Under the pieces are notes generated by a model. That model had not been told where the DNA came from, ran no database searches, and saw only the letters and a program-made list of their open reading frames with translations. A stretch of 59,556 nucleotides of DNA from Gemmatimonadota bacterium (GTDB lineage Bacteria > Latescibacterota > UBA2968 > GCA-2709665), in assembly GCA_002709665.1 (NCBI GenBank), contig PAQK01000010.1:24245-83800 (forward strand), given 5' to 3'. The translations under genes were made by a program, and so were the position numbers. Positions 16,750-29,611 of this stretch are shown here, piece by piece (within the stretch, counting starts at the first letter, position 1; every line of letters starts with the position of its first letter).

Positions 16750-19085
16750 CGGTTCACCCCTCGGTGAACAGTGAATTGCGTGCTCTTCCGGGATACGTTC
16801 CCGCACATATCCTTAACCGAAACCGTGAGTTTGTGAGCCCCTTCTGCCAGTTGATGGTCCAGGTGAACGAAAATGCGATCTTCTTCCGGATCGAATTCGA
16901 ATATCAGAGGGTTCCCATCGAGAGTCATTTCTATATCCTCTTCTCTCCCGATTCCTGTTCCCTCGTCTCTGATTGTTGCAGAAAGGGTTGGTAATGCGTT
17001 CTCTATCACACCCGAGGGATTGAGATTTGCCAGTATGGGCGGAATCTCATCCAAGAGCAGGGCGTATGTGGAAAAATGAGAGATCCTGGCGGAAACCGTA
17101 CCTGACTCGATGTCAAGTACGTTGTCCAGAAAGCTCCAGGTTGAATCGGGCTTCATCTCGTATACACCCAGCTTCTCGGCTCGCTTGTATCCGTTCGGAT
17201 AGCGTAGCTTCAAGTGGACTTTTCCATGGAAGGGGACATGATCCGGGGAGAATTTGTACCCCAGGCCTACCGCCGGCAGGCCGTCAGACCCGACAATAGG
17301 CTTGGGCACAGCACCACAATAGATAGGTTCGTATACCCTGCTGGAGTCGAAATTGATTTCCGCCAGTCCGTCTTCAGATCGCACTATGCCGCCGGCAGTT
17401 GTAACCATTTGCTGATGCAACTGCATTGAATAATGGCCTGTATTGCCGTTCAGATCTACTGCTAAAATGGTCACGTCAAGAACCCGTCCTTGATCCGGAC
17501 CTGATTCTACGACAACTTCATAGGCCACCGGACCTGTCTGCGACACGACGGGAACACGCTCATCTCCCTTCTCCGGACGAATTCTGACCAAGGGCGGTTC
17601 CGTAAGCATCCGTTCCGACCGTATTTCAAGCACAGCAAAATCTGCGTAGGTATCTGCTCTACAGGTCAGCAGGCTGCCTGGCGCAGATCCAGTCCTGATG
17701 ACTTGGGGTGCACATGTCTGAAATGCTGTTTCGCCAAAGATATCCTCAACTGTCACACGGTACAGCCCATGGTGACCTAGCGTCCCAACTCGAATTGCCC
17801 TCTCCGAGGTTTCGAACTCCTTCAGGTCGAGCCAGGAAACCCCACCATCTTTTGAGGCCGATATATGCACCTGAACAGAGCTGCTGGATCCACAATCAAT
17901 ATTGGCAGTGACATAGACTGAGTCTCCGACGGACTCCACCGCAGCCCCCTCAACACCTGGTCTGGTATTGGCCAACACACTGACCTCCGCCGAGGAACGA
18001 TTTCCATTGACATCTTCTGCCTCTATCCTTAGCAGATGGTAGCCGGGAGAAAGCGTCATGCCTCTGCCTGAGGTCTTGTCGCCAGAGTACAAAATGCCAT
18101 CGCCTATTTTAAACTTTCCATACAGTGAGAGTCGATTGCCAGTTAGTCTGTAAAGATTATGGAAGGTCCCTTCCCCTTGTGCCCTCAGTTCAAAATTTCG
18201 ATCTAGCTCTACCAAACCCATTTCATCCTGACGCCAATCCACACCATATGCAATCCGAGTGTACCTGGTCTGGTATACCTCCCTCCCATCCACGTACAAC
18301 CTTAGTCTGAATGGCGCCAGTCGATTGGCAAGCTGAGAAGCGTCGGCCCTGTCATATACCTTCACCGCCACACCAAGTCTACCCTGAATGGAAGTGCTCC
18401 CCGAATGGAGGTATCTCCCCTTCCTGTCGTTCCAGCGCAGGCCAAGCGCCTTTGCAGAATGAGCACCATCTACCAGGGATCTGGCATCCAGAGGTACGAA
18501 CGCCACAGCCTGGATAGTGGGAGGAATCGTGTCCTTGACCTTGAAACCATGCAGAAGAGGATTGGTTGCCCTCCCGGCACGGTCACGGTATTCAAAATGA
18601 AGATGCGGGTACCCAATCCCAGTGCTGCCAGAATATCCCAGCGTATCGCCCCTTGATGCCCTTATCTGTCCCGGATTCAGGAAAAGATTAACGCTAAACT
18701 TTCCGTGGCGGATCTGTTCTGAGGCCACCACCCGCTCAATTTTCTCCGAGAATTTGGAGAGATGTGCATATACTGCGAGGTAGCTGTCCTCCAATTGGAA
18801 GTAGATCGCCTTGCCATACCCCCACGGCGAAGTTCGAACACGCCAGACATAACCGTCATCCACGGCCAGGATCGGATATCCTTCCTTGCCCCAGGTCTTG
18901 ATGTCCAACCCAGCATGAAACCTGCCCGGACGGTACTCTCCAAAGGTTGAAGTCAATGCCTTGGGAGCAGCAAGCGGCCATAGATACTCTCCCGCAAGGG
19001 CGTTTTGGCACCACAAGATGAAGAAAAGTGCGACTCCAGTCCGAAGACCATTCCACAACAGCGGGAACCAACAGATCTGCTGCAT
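16746..19085 (-). CDS. M23-family metallopeptidase with long C-terminal Ig-like/beta-rich region (779 aa)
   Basis: FHAGLDIKT and GYPHLHFEYRD (HxxxD / HxH LytM-type zinc motifs) follow a signal-like N-terminus. Confidence 0.8.
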   Translation of the reverse strand: MQQICWFPLLWNGLRTGVALFFILWCQNALAGEYLWPLAAPKALTSTFGEYRPGRFHAGLDIKTWGKEGYPILAVDDGYVWRVRTSPWGYGKAIYFQLEDSYLAVYAHLSKFSEKIERVVASEQIRHGKFSVNLFLNPGQIRASRGDTLGYSGSTGIGYPHLHFEYRDRAGRATNPLLHGFKVKDTIPPTIQAVAFVPLDARSLVDGAHSAKALGLRWNDRKGRYLHSGSTSIQGRLGVAVKVYDRADASQLANRLAPFRLRLYVDGREVYQTRYTRIAYGVDWRQDEMGLVELDRNFELRAQGEGTFHNLYRLTGNRLSLYGKFKIGDGILYSGDKTSGRGMTLSPGYHLLRIEAEDVNGNRSSAEVSVLANTRPGVEGAAVESVGDSVYVTANIDCGSSSSVQVHISASKDGGVSWLDLKEFETSERAIRVGTLGHHGLYRVTVEDIFGETAFQTCAPQVIRTGSAPGSLLTCRADTYADFAVLEIRSERMLTEPPLVRIRPEKGDERVPVVSQTGPVAYEVVVESGPDQGRVLDVTILAVDLNGNTGHYSMQLHQQMVTTAGGIVRSEDGLAEINFDSSRVYEPIYCGAVPKPIVGSDGLPAVGLGYKFSPDHVPFHGKVHLKLRYPNGYKRAEKLGVYEMKPDSTWSFLDNVLDIESGTVSARISHFSTYALLLDEIPPILANLNPSGVIENALPTLSATIRDEGTGIGREEDIEMTLDGNPLIFEFDPEEDRIFVHLDHQLAEGAHKLTVSVKDMCGNVSRKSTQFTVHRGVNR

Positions 19086-19170
19086 CGTTCACCCCGTAGG
19101 CAGCCCTGTCCACCTGCACAAAACCGATCTAATCATTGGAAAGTATGAAGTTGGGAGACAACTCCTGCTG

Positions 19171-19199
19171 AGTATAGGTATTTTGATCCGACCCGTCAA
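19171..19199 (-). promoter_or_regulatory. Sigma-70-like promoter candidate for the M23-rhomboid-SDR-GHMP-GT2 operon (TTGACG-17-TATACT)
   Basis: On the minus strand, TTGACG (19199-19194), 17-nt spacer, TATACT (19176-19171), about 80 nt upstream of ATG 19085. Confidence 0.45.
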
Positions 19200-19425
19200 G
19201 CCTTCATGGGGGACTGGAAAACGGCTTTACTAAAAAAGACTTGCTTAGCATAAGCACTTCCTATAATTTATGTATTGACAAGAATTTAGCTTCATATTCG
19301 GCCCCATAAATCGAATAGGTTCACCCTCCAGGTGATTCGTTATGTGTCCCTGGATTCTTTTATTTACCCCACAATCCTAGGCATCTGGAAATACCTCATT
19401 TTGGAGTATAGGAGGACGTACCTAA

Positions 19426-21255
19426 ATGCTGAACAGCCTGAGAAACGTCACATTTATCAAAGCTATGATGTGGATTGTCGCGTTTGCTTTCGTCGGACTA
19501 ATCGTATTTGAATGGGGGGCCGACTTCAGCGGTCGCTCAGGAGACGGCCCTGTAGGGGATGCAGTTGGGAGTATTAATGGCCGGAAGATTTCATATCAGG
19601 AGTTCGAGGAAGCTCTGCGTAACGCCTATCAGCAGGCCAAGACGGAGCAGAATCCCGAGCCGGAGCTTGCCCCTCTGATCCGCCATACCTGGGACCGCAT
19701 GGTGGCGCAAACCCTATTCGCCCAGCAAATCGAGAAACTCGACATTTCGGTCTCGGACCAGGAAGTGGATTTCATAAATCGCGTTCAGCCTGCGGAATGG
19801 GTCAAGGGCCAGGAAGTTTTCCAGACTGAAGGAAGCTTCGATCCAGCGAAATACAGCCAATTTCTGGATGATCCGGGAACCTATAGTGATCCGCAGAGAA
19901 AGCAGTTTGTGTTGGGTGCTGAATTTGCTGCTCGTCAAGCCCTTCTCTCTCAAAAATTGCAGGAAATGATAGCTGGTGGTGTGAGGGTAACAACCAGTGA
20001 AGTACGCCAGGCCTACGCCGATGAGAATGAAAAGGTTAAGGTTGAATACGCAGGCATCGAGTCAAGGAGCATCGAAGACTCCCTGGTTTCTGTTTCGAAC
20101 GATGAGATTCAATCGTACTACGTTGAACACAAGGACGAATACAATCAGGCTGCAGCTGTTAAAGCGGCCTTCGTTACCTTTTCCAAGACCCCATCGGAGC
20201 AGGACAAGGCGGATACCGAGTCAGAGATTCGCACCTTGCTGGAAGAAGTAAGAGGTGGAGAAGACTTCGCTCGACTGGCTCGGAACAACTCCGACGATCC
20301 GGGAAGTGCTCGAAAAGGCGGCGATCTTGGATTCTTCAAACGGGGACAAATGGTCAAGGCTTTCGAGGATACGGCATTCTCACTTGAGCCTGGCCAGATA
20401 TCGGAACCATTCCAGACCCGATTCGGCTGGCATATCCTGAAGGTTGAAAGTCGGAAGGGAGCATCCGACAGCCTGCAGGTACGTGCCCGACACATTCTGT
20501 TGAAGATAGATGCAGGGAGAAACACGCTGTATGATCTCCGACTACAGGCTGAGGAATTCCGCGACAGGGCAATCGAGGACGGTTTCGATGTGGTTGCGCA
20601 GCAAATGGACCTGAAGCCGCAGGAGTCGGGATTCATCACCGCTGGTGGATTCTTTCCTTTGCTTCAGAATAGAACCGCCGGTCTGGTCAATAATTTCCTG
20701 AACTCCTCCGAAGGGACACTGTCCAACACGATCGAAACAGATCAGGGCATATATATCTTTTCGTTAGTGGCAAAGCGGGATAAAGGTCCTCAGCCCCTTG
20801 AGGAGGTCCATACGCGGATACTCACCAAGCTCAAGACTGATAAGAAGGTGGAACTGGCTGCAAGCCGAATGGAACCCGTGTTGTCCGATGTGGAGGGTGG
20901 CCAAACGATGAAGAACGCATCGGAGTCCCGGGGGTTGGAATACAAGGTTTCGAAACCAATCAACCGAACTGGCTTCCTGCCGGGTGTGGGGGGCCGCAAT
21001 GCCTTCGTATCTACTGCATTCCAACTCGAGCCAGACCAGCTGAGCAAGGTTGTAAAAACAGACAGAGGCGCATATATCCTGAGGGTTATTGAGCGCGAAG
21101 CTGTTGACGAAACCGGGTTTCAGACCGCCGCTGATGCCTTGACCCAGAAACTCCTGGGTCAAAAGCGAAACGAGACATTTTCGGCATGGTTCACAGATCT
21201 GAGAGGCAACTCTGATATCATAGATAATCGCCACCGATTTTATTCTAACTTCTAG
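19426..21255 (+). CDS. PpiD/SurA-like periplasmic chaperone with parvulin peptidyl-prolyl isomerase domain
   Basis: N-terminal TM anchor, then the parvulin motif GGDLGFFKRGQMVKAFEDTAFSL..GQISEPFQTRFGWHILKV. AGGAGG lies upstream of the ATG. Confidence 0.8.
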   Translation: MLNSLRNVTFIKAMMWIVAFAFVGLIVFEWGADFSGRSGDGPVGDAVGSINGRKISYQEFEEALRNAYQQAKTEQNPEPELAPLIRHTWDRMVAQTLFAQQIEKLDISVSDQEVDFINRVQPAEWVKGQEVFQTEGSFDPAKYSQFLDDPGTYSDPQRKQFVLGAEFAARQALLSQKLQEMIAGGVRVTTSEVRQAYADENEKVKVEYAGIESRSIEDSLVSVSNDEIQSYYVEHKDEYNQAAAVKAAFVTFSKTPSEQDKADTESEIRTLLEEVRGGEDFARLARNNSDDPGSARKGGDLGFFKRGQMVKAFEDTAFSLEPGQISEPFQTRFGWHILKVESRKGASDSLQVRARHILLKIDAGRNTLYDLRLQAEEFRDRAIEDGFDVVAQQMDLKPQESGFITAGGFFPLLQNRTAGLVNNFLNSSEGTLSNTIETDQGIYIFSLVAKRDKGPQPLEEVHTRILTKLKTDKKVELAASRMEPVLSDVEGGQTMKNASESRGLEYKVSKPINRTGFLPGVGGRNAFVSTAFQLEPDQLSKVVKTDRGAYILRVIEREAVDETGFQTAADALTQKLLGQKRNETFSAWFTDLRGNSDIIDNRHRFYSNF

Positions 21256-21287
21256 TCACTATTTGGGGTAGTTCCCCCGTCTCAGAC

Positions 21288-22031
21288 TTGAACATTAGTT
21301 CATTCCGAGAAAGTGATACCGTGTCCGTTGTCACAATATCGCGTCAGTTGGGAAGCATCGGTGATCTTGTTGCCCGCAGATCCGCAGAGCTTCTTGAATA
21401 TGAGTGGGTAGACAAGGACCTGATCACTGAGGTCGCCAAGGAAGCGAATGTCCCCGAGTCAGAGGTCGAGAAGTTCAACGAACAGAGTCAAAGCGCCGTC
21501 AAGCGATTCGTTCACGGACTGATCACACCCTCTCAGTCCGTTCCAGTACCGCCCGCGATGTTCTGGGGACTCGAATTTCCTTATGAGGTGTCCGCTGCCC
21601 TTCTGGCGGATGATGCCGCACTCAATGAAGAGCGGCACCTGCTCGACCAGAGGGACTACTTGAAATTCCTCCAGGCTACGGTCAATTGCCTCTACAAGAG
21701 GGACCGAACGATAATTGTGGGACGCGGCGGTCAGGCGATTCTTGGAGAACTGCCAGACACGATCCACGTCAGAACGGTAGCGCCTCTTGAGACCCGAGTG
21801 AAGGTTGTGATGGAGAGGCGTAGAATTGAGACGAAAAAAGAGGCGGAGGAAGTCGTTTTGGGAAGCGCCAAAAGACGATCTGCTTACATTAAAGACAACT
21901 ATGGAATCGACTGGGATGATTACACCAACTACCATCTCACCATCAATACTGGCAAGACGAGTGAGGAGATGGCCGCGAGGCTGATCGAGCAAGCTGCCCG
22001 GCACGTCGACACCGGAGAAAGTGGTACCTGA
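21288..22031 (+). CDS. Cytidylate-kinase-like family protein (Cytidylate_kin2-type P-loop-like)
   Basis: VVTISRQLGSIGDLVARRSAELL.. and GRGGQAIL fit the family pattern. The start is ambiguous (TTG 21288 or GTG 21321). Confidence 0.6.
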   Translation: MNISSFRESDTVSVVTISRQLGSIGDLVARRSAELLEYEWVDKDLITEVAKEANVPESEVEKFNEQSQSAVKRFVHGLITPSQSVPVPPAMFWGLEFPYEVSAALLADDAALNEERHLLDQRDYLKFLQATVNCLYKRDRTIIVGRGGQAILGELPDTIHVRTVAPLETRVKVVMERRRIETKKEAEEVVLGSAKRRSAYIKDNYGIDWDDYTNYHLTINTGKTSEEMAARLIEQAARHVDTGESGT

Positions 22032-22034
22032 CCC

Positions 22035-23792
22035 GTGGCCGCTACAATGCTAAAGCCAGACTCGCGAACCATTCGCATTGCCCTAGCGCAAATCAATGTC
22101 TCGGTCGGAGATCTGGACGGTAATCGAACCAGGATTATGGAAAGCATAAAGAGAGCCAGAGAATTGGGCGCAGCTCTGGTCGCGTTTCCAGAACTCGCCA
22201 TCACCGGATATCCCCCTGAAGATCTGCTTTTCAAGCCTCGCTTCATTGAAGCCAATATTCGGACCCTCCATCAGCTGGTCAAAGAAACCCAAAACATCGC
22301 TGCCGTAATCGGATTTGCAGACCGAAAGGATGACATCTACAATTCCGCTGCAGTCGCCTGCGATGGAAACCTCATTGACGTGTATCACAAGTCCTTTCTG
22401 CCCAACTACGGTGTATTCGATGAGGATCGGTATTTTCGTCCAGGCGAAAGGGTAGGTGTATACACGCTCAACGGTGTCACCTTTGGAGTTAACATCTGCG
22501 AAGACATCTGGTATCCGGGTGGCCCCGCCCACATCCAGGCGCTGTCAGGAAACGCAGAATTGATTGTGAATATATCCTCTTCACCTTTTCACGACGGTAA
22601 AGGGCTTCAGAGAGAGCAGATGATTGCGACAAGGGCATCGGATTACGGTTCCGCCCTGGCATTCTGCAATTTGGTGGGAGGGCAGGACGAGCTTGTCTTC
22701 GATGGCGGAAGTTTTGTGATGGACCAGGAGGGTGGGATCCTCGCTTCGTCTCCACGGTTCGAGGAAGACTTACTGGTTGTAGACATCGACGTGGAGTCGG
22801 TCTTCAGACATCGGTTACACGATCCGAGACGGCGTAAAGAAGATCTTGGGAGCTCGGTTTACAGAATCGACCTCCCTCCCGTTGACGACCCACGCGATAG
22901 CTTGCCCTGTAAAGGTGCTTCTCAGCCGGATCATTCAGATTCTAGACTCAAGAACATCTACGATGGGTTGGTTTTGGGTACTAGGGATTACGTTAAGAAA
23001 AACGGATTCGAGAAGGTTTTGGTCGCCCTGTCAGGTGGCATAGACTCCGCGCTCGTCTCGGTGATTGCCAGCGATGCCCTCGGGCCTGAGAATGTCATCT
23101 GCGTCACCATGCCCTCTAGCTATTCTTCAGAAGACACACGAAACGATGCGGTTGTGATGGCAGATAACCTCGGCGTACGTCTGATCACACTACCTATCCA
23201 GGGAATATTCGATACCTATCTTGCGGAACTCTCTGATGAATTCGAAGGTCGGCCTAAAGATATTGCTGAGGAAAACATCCAGCCCCGAATTCGAGGCAAT
23301 TTGTTAATGGCGCTCTGTAACAAATTCGGTTGGATAGTATTGACAACGGGGAACAAGAGCGAAATGAGCATGGGATATGCAACCCTCTATGGAGATATGG
23401 CTGGAGGGTTCGCCGTCATCAAGGACATTTACAAAACCCTGGTCTACGATCTTGTTCACTACAGAAATGACCTCTCCGACAAATCTGTTATCCCTCAGTC
23501 CACCGTTCAGCGTCCTCCCACGGCCGAACTTAGGGAAGACCAGCTGGACACGGACAGTCTCCCCGCTTACCCCATCCTCGACCCGATTCTGGAGGCATAC
23601 GTGGAAGAAGACCGCAGCCTGTGGGAAATCGTCTCGATGGGCTTTGAGAAAGAGCTGGTCCTCAAGGTGATTCAGAACGTGGACCGGAACGAATACAAAC
23701 GGCGACAGTCTCCCCCGGGGATCAAGATCACCACTCGGGCCTTCGGTAGGGATCGACGGCTCCCGATTACAAACCAGTGCCGTGAGTACTAA
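22035..23792 (+). CDS. nadE: Glutamine-dependent NAD+ synthetase
   Basis: N-terminal CN-hydrolase domain (IALAQINVSVGD, FPELAITGYPPEDL, ICEDIW) plus the C-terminal synthetase PP-loop ALSGGIDSALV. GTG 22035 or ATG 22047 could be the start. Confidence 0.9.
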   Translation: MAATMLKPDSRTIRIALAQINVSVGDLDGNRTRIMESIKRARELGAALVAFPELAITGYPPEDLLFKPRFIEANIRTLHQLVKETQNIAAVIGFADRKDDIYNSAAVACDGNLIDVYHKSFLPNYGVFDEDRYFRPGERVGVYTLNGVTFGVNICEDIWYPGGPAHIQALSGNAELIVNISSSPFHDGKGLQREQMIATRASDYGSALAFCNLVGGQDELVFDGGSFVMDQEGGILASSPRFEEDLLVVDIDVESVFRHRLHDPRRRKEDLGSSVYRIDLPPVDDPRDSLPCKGASQPDHSDSRLKNIYDGLVLGTRDYVKKNGFEKVLVALSGGIDSALVSVIASDALGPENVICVTMPSSYSSEDTRNDAVVMADNLGVRLITLPIQGIFDTYLAELSDEFEGRPKDIAEENIQPRIRGNLLMALCNKFGWIVLTTGNKSEMSMGYATLYGDMAGGFAVIKDIYKTLVYDLVHYRNDLSDKSVIPQSTVQRPPTAELREDQLDTDSLPAYPILDPILEAYVEEDRSLWEIVSMGFEKELVLKVIQNVDRNEYKRRQSPPGIKITTRAFGRDRRLPITNQCREY

Positions 23793-23830
23793 AACAAAAA
23801 AACCGGAAAACGACCTTTCGTTCTCCGGTT
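23791..23830 (-). terminator. Rho-independent terminator at the end of the atp operon (also closes convergent nadE)
   Basis: Stem AACCGGAAAACGA / TCGTTCTCCGGTT (one mismatch), loop CCTT. On the minus strand it is followed by TTTTTGTTTT. Confidence 0.7.
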
Positions 23831-23853
23831 CTCAGCTGCTCATCTTACCCGCA

Positions 23854-24264
23854 TTAACCTTCCGAACCTAGCATCCTCAGTCTGTTCACCGCCCTCAGTA
23901 ATGCGATCTCTGCTCTGGCCTCGTCCACATCCACATCTCGTCTTCTACCCAAACGTTCACGAGCCCTGTCTCTGGCAGCTTCCGCCCGGGCAAGGTCTAT
24001 TTCCTCGCCAAACTCGGCTGTCTCTGCAAGAATAGTTACTCCAGAACCATGAACTTCCGCGAATCCACCACTTGTGGCCACCTGACGGTCTTCCGCTCCG
24101 GTTTCCTTAAACTGTATCCTACCCACTCCAAGTGCCGCCAGCATAGCCCTATGCCTTGCAAGTACCCCGAACTCGCCTTCGGAACCGGGCGCACGCAAGC
24201 TCTCTATTTCGCCTGAATACACTGTTTTTTCCGGCGTTACAATCTCAAGTTGAAACGTAGACAT
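23854..24264 (-). CDS. atpC: F1 ATP synthase subunit epsilon
   Basis: MSTFQLEIVTPEKTVYSGEIESLRAPGSEGEFGVL has the typical AtpC N-terminus, and the gene follows atpD. Confidence 0.9.
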   Translation of the reverse strand: MSTFQLEIVTPEKTVYSGEIESLRAPGSEGEFGVLARHRAMLAALGVGRIQFKETGAEDRQVATSGGFAEVHGSGVTILAETAEFGEEIDLARAEAARDRARERLGRRRDVDVDEARAEIALLRAVNRLRMLGSEG

Positions 24265-24306
24265 CCGGTTTCATTCTCCCTTTGAGCATTACCTTAAACT
24301 TAAGTG

Positions 24307-26587
<2,281 letters not shown>

Positions 26588-26606
26588 CCTTACTCCTTAT
26601 TCTAAT

Positions 26607-28127
26607 TTATTCGGATGCCTGGAAGCCAGCTTTGACCTTCTCAATTGCCGCCTCAATAGTAGCCATCGCTTCATCGGATGCTTCGCCTGAACTGGAAATC
26701 TCGTCCAGTAGATCCTGATGCAAGTTACGCGCCTGAGACAATACCTCTTGCTCGAAACGTGATATGTCCTGCACAGGAATGTCGTCCACGTTCACGCCAA
26801 CTGTCAAAGAGAAAACCTGTTCACCCAGAGAAAGCGGCTGAAATTGATCCTGTTTCAGGATCTCCATCAACCGTTCGCCCCGGTTCAGAAGGTTCCGTGT
26901 TGCCGTATCCAGATCAGAGGCGCCGAATTGAGCGAAGGCCTGTACTTCATTGTATCGGGACATATCACCTTTTAGGGTATTGGACACAGCACGCATCGCC
27001 TTTGTCTTGGCTGCGCTGACCCTTGAAACCGATGCACCCACATCCATAGCAGGACGTATACCCGAATAAAAGAGTTCGGGTTTCAATAGGATCTGTCCGT
27101 CCGTGATCGAAATTACATTGGTCGGAACGAACGTGGATACATCACCTTCGAGAATCTCGATCACAGGCAGAGCCGTCAGGGAGCCGCCCCCTTCCTCATC
27201 ACTCAACTTGCACGCTCGCCCAAGAAGCCTTGAGTGTAGATAAAACACGTCTCCCGGGTATGCCTCACGACCTGGTGGACGCCGTAGTACCAGGGACATC
27301 TCTCTGTAAGCCCACGCCTGCTTTGAGAGATCATCGTAGACTACCAATGCATGCCCACCCTTGTCTCGGAAGTACTCACCCATGGAACAGCCTGCATATG
27401 GTGCGAGGAACTGAAGGGGGGCCGGATCACTGGCAGTGGCGGATACGACAATGGTGTACTCCATAGCACCATGTGCTTCCAGTTCGGCAACAACCTTGGC
27501 TACGGAGGAGGCTTTCTGGCCAATGCCCACGTATATACATTTTACGCCTGTGCCCTTCTGATTGATAATCGCATCCAGACATATGGCCGTTTTCCCCGTC
27601 TGCCTGTCGCCAATGATCAACTCTCTTTGACCGCGGCCGATAGGCGTGGTTGAATCCACAACCTTCAATCCTGTTTGAAGCGCTTCGGTTACCGGCTGTC
27701 GCTGAATCACACCCGGGGCAATACGCTCTACAGGCAGTGTTTGGGTTGCAGATATCGCACCTTTTCCGTCAATGGGCTGACCCAGGGGATTAACAACACG
27801 ACCAAGGAGTTCCTCGCCTACCGGTACTTCCACGATGCGCTCGGTACGCTTAACGACATCGCCCTCCTTAATCAGCGTATCATCTCCAAAGAGCACGCAA
27901 CCCACGTTATCCTCTTCGAGATTCAACGCCATACCGAGGATATCGTTGGGGAAGGAGACCAATTCGCTCGCCTGAACATTGGCCAGTCCGTGTACACGGG
28001 CAACTCCATCACCCACCTGGAGCACCGTCCCGGTTTCATATACATCAATCTCACGTTCAGCTTCCAATATCTGACGCTTCAGAATATCTGAAACCTCATC
28101 GGGACGAATCTGCAAGTTCATTGCCAT
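26607..28127 (-). CDS. atpA: F1 ATP synthase subunit alpha
   Basis: Walker A GDRQTGKT, with overall alpha-subunit motifs and length (506 aa). Confidence 0.95.
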   Translation of the reverse strand: MAMNLQIRPDEVSDILKRQILEAEREIDVYETGTVLQVGDGVARVHGLANVQASELVSFPNDILGMALNLEEDNVGCVLFGDDTLIKEGDVVKRTERIVEVPVGEELLGRVVNPLGQPIDGKGAISATQTLPVERIAPGVIQRQPVTEALQTGLKVVDSTTPIGRGQRELIIGDRQTGKTAICLDAIINQKGTGVKCIYVGIGQKASSVAKVVAELEAHGAMEYTIVVSATASDPAPLQFLAPYAGCSMGEYFRDKGGHALVVYDDLSKQAWAYREMSLVLRRPPGREAYPGDVFYLHSRLLGRACKLSDEEGGGSLTALPVIEILEGDVSTFVPTNVISITDGQILLKPELFYSGIRPAMDVGASVSRVSAAKTKAMRAVSNTLKGDMSRYNEVQAFAQFGASDLDTATRNLLNRGERLMEILKQDQFQPLSLGEQVFSLTVGVNVDDIPVQDISRFEQEVLSQARNLHQDLLDEISSSGEASDEAMATIEAAIEKVKAGFQASE

Positions 28128-28152
28128 AGTGTCTTTCCACCTCGCTTTTTTG

Positions 28153-28695
28153 TCATACCCCTGCAGCCAATCCCCGGCGCAAGCGGCTCAATTGGGAGTC
28201 GAGCGATCCGTCGAAGACCTGGTCGCCCAAACGGGCAACGAATCCGGCCTTCAGTCCTTCGTCCACTTCAATTTCCAACCGAACTTCCTTGCCCGAATAC
28301 GCGGAAAGCCGCTCCGAAAGACGAGCCTGCTGTTCCTCAGACAGGCGTTGCGCCGAACGCACCTCTGCGGTAACCACACCTCGCCGCTCATCCAATAAGG
28401 CAAGGAATCCGCGGCTGATCCCTTCAAGGGTTTTCTCCCGCCGTTTCTCACACAACAAAACGAGAAAACCCAACGTAAGATCGTCCACTTTGCCTGAAAA
28501 AAGCGTTTTGAAGGCAGCCACCTTCTGGGCGGGGTGGATTAGTGGATCGGCCAAGAAATCACACAAATCTTTTGATTCCTGTATCAGATCTAGGATGCCA
28601 CTGATGTCATCCCTAACTTGATCCAGAATGTCCTTATCTTCGGCTGCGCCGATAAGCGCATTGGCATATCTTAACGAAACGGGCGTTTCGTTCAA
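28153..28695 (-). CDS. atpH: F1 ATP synthase subunit delta (OSCP)
   Basis: [14 protein letters not shown].. has the OSCP-type pattern; the gene lies between atpF and atpA. Confidence 0.85.
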   Translation of the reverse strand: MNETPVSLRYANALIGAAEDKDILDQVRDDISGILDLIQESKDLCDFLADPLIHPAQKVAAFKTLFSGKVDDLTLGFLVLLCEKRREKTLEGISRGFLALLDERRGVVTAEVRSAQRLSEEQQARLSERLSAYSGKEVRLEIEVDEGLKAGFVARLGDQVFDGSLDSQLSRLRRGLAAGV

Positions 28696-28724
28696 TTTTT
28701 CACTCCCAATTGATCGGAATTGAG

Positions 28725-29222
28725 TCAGTTCCGGTTTACGCCCGGAATTCCCTCGATAAAGTCGTCTACAATCTTCCTGTTTCTTCCCTCGTCCAGATTC
28801 TCATCCAGGACTTTTCCAGCCGCAAGGATCGCGAGATCTGCAACTTGATTCCTCAATTCCTGAATCGCCTGGTCCTTTTCCTGACGTATCGTTCTTTGGG
28901 CCTGTTGGAGCAACTGCTGTGCTTCGGCCTCCGCCCTGCTGCGAACGTCCGCGGCTACTCGTTCTGCGGCTTCACGTCCTTCGGTGATGGCACGTTGCGC
29001 TTCGGCTTGCGCCTGAGTCATCGCCTCGCGGTTTTCCTCAGCCGCAGCCTGTGCCTCCTGGCGTGCTTTGTCGGCCTGCTCAAGTGACTCCTGGATTCGC
29101 TGCTCCCGTTCATTCAACATACCCAGAAGTGGTTTCCAGGCAACAACCCGTAGTACGATAAGAAGCAATACAAACGTAACCAGAGTCCATATCATCAGAC
29201 CCGGCTCTACCTGTAGAAGCAT
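28725..29222 (-). CDS. atpF: F0 ATP synthase subunit b
   Basis: A single N-terminal TM is followed by a long charged helix (..EREQRIQESLEQADKARQEAQAAAEE..). Confidence 0.85.
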   Translation of the reverse strand: MLLQVEPGLMIWTLVTFVLLLIVLRVVAWKPLLGMLNEREQRIQESLEQADKARQEAQAAAEENREAMTQAQAEAQRAITEGREAAERVAADVRSRAEAEAQQLLQQAQRTIRQEKDQAIQELRNQVADLAILAAGKVLDENLDEGRNRKIVDDFIEGIPGVNRN

Positions 29223-29306
29223 AGTCTTCCCCTTCCGCCTCGACTCAGTGCCAATCAGACCTGAGACGCGATCAGATCTTTCAATTCAACGCGAGCCCTG
29301 ATGAGA

Positions 29307-29555
29307 TTACTTTGTGGCCAGAACGATACAAATCACCTGACCAAACAGCGATACACCTTCTATCAGAGCCGCTGCAATGATCATGGAAGTCCTGATATCG
29401 CCGGCTGCTTCAGGCTGTCTTGCCGTGCCTTCCATCGCGTTTCCGGCCAATCGACCGATTCCCAGTCCGGCTCCGAAAGTCACCAAACCTGCTCCGATTC
29501 CGGCTGCCAGGTAACCATATGCCTCAGCTGCCACAGTTGCTACTTCAGCTGCCAC
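29307..29555 (-). CDS. atpE: F0 ATP synthase subunit c
   Basis: Helical hairpin with the loop ARQPEA and the ion-binding Glu in AALIEGVSLF. Confidence 0.9.
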   Translation of the reverse strand: MAAEVATVAAEAYGYLAAGIGAGLVTFGAGLGIGRLAGNAMEGTARQPEAAGDIRTSMIIAAALIEGVSLFGQVICIVLATK

Positions 29556-29611
29556 AGAACGCCTCCTTGTGATGAACGTGAGTGACGTGTACGACCTGTT
29601 GTAAGAACTGA

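Noticed and set aside
19241-19267. TTGCTT-15-TATAAT as the ppiD promoter.
   Set aside because: The -10 is perfect but the spacer is only 15 nt. This is too uncertain to list as a feature.
29307-29555. Possible Na+-translocating ATP synthase (given the antiporter-like gene in the nuo cluster).
   Set aside because: The c-subunit has Ile at the helix-1 position that is Gln in Na+-binding c-rings, and Gly rather than Ser/Thr after the carboxylate (AALIEGV). This is an H+-type signature.
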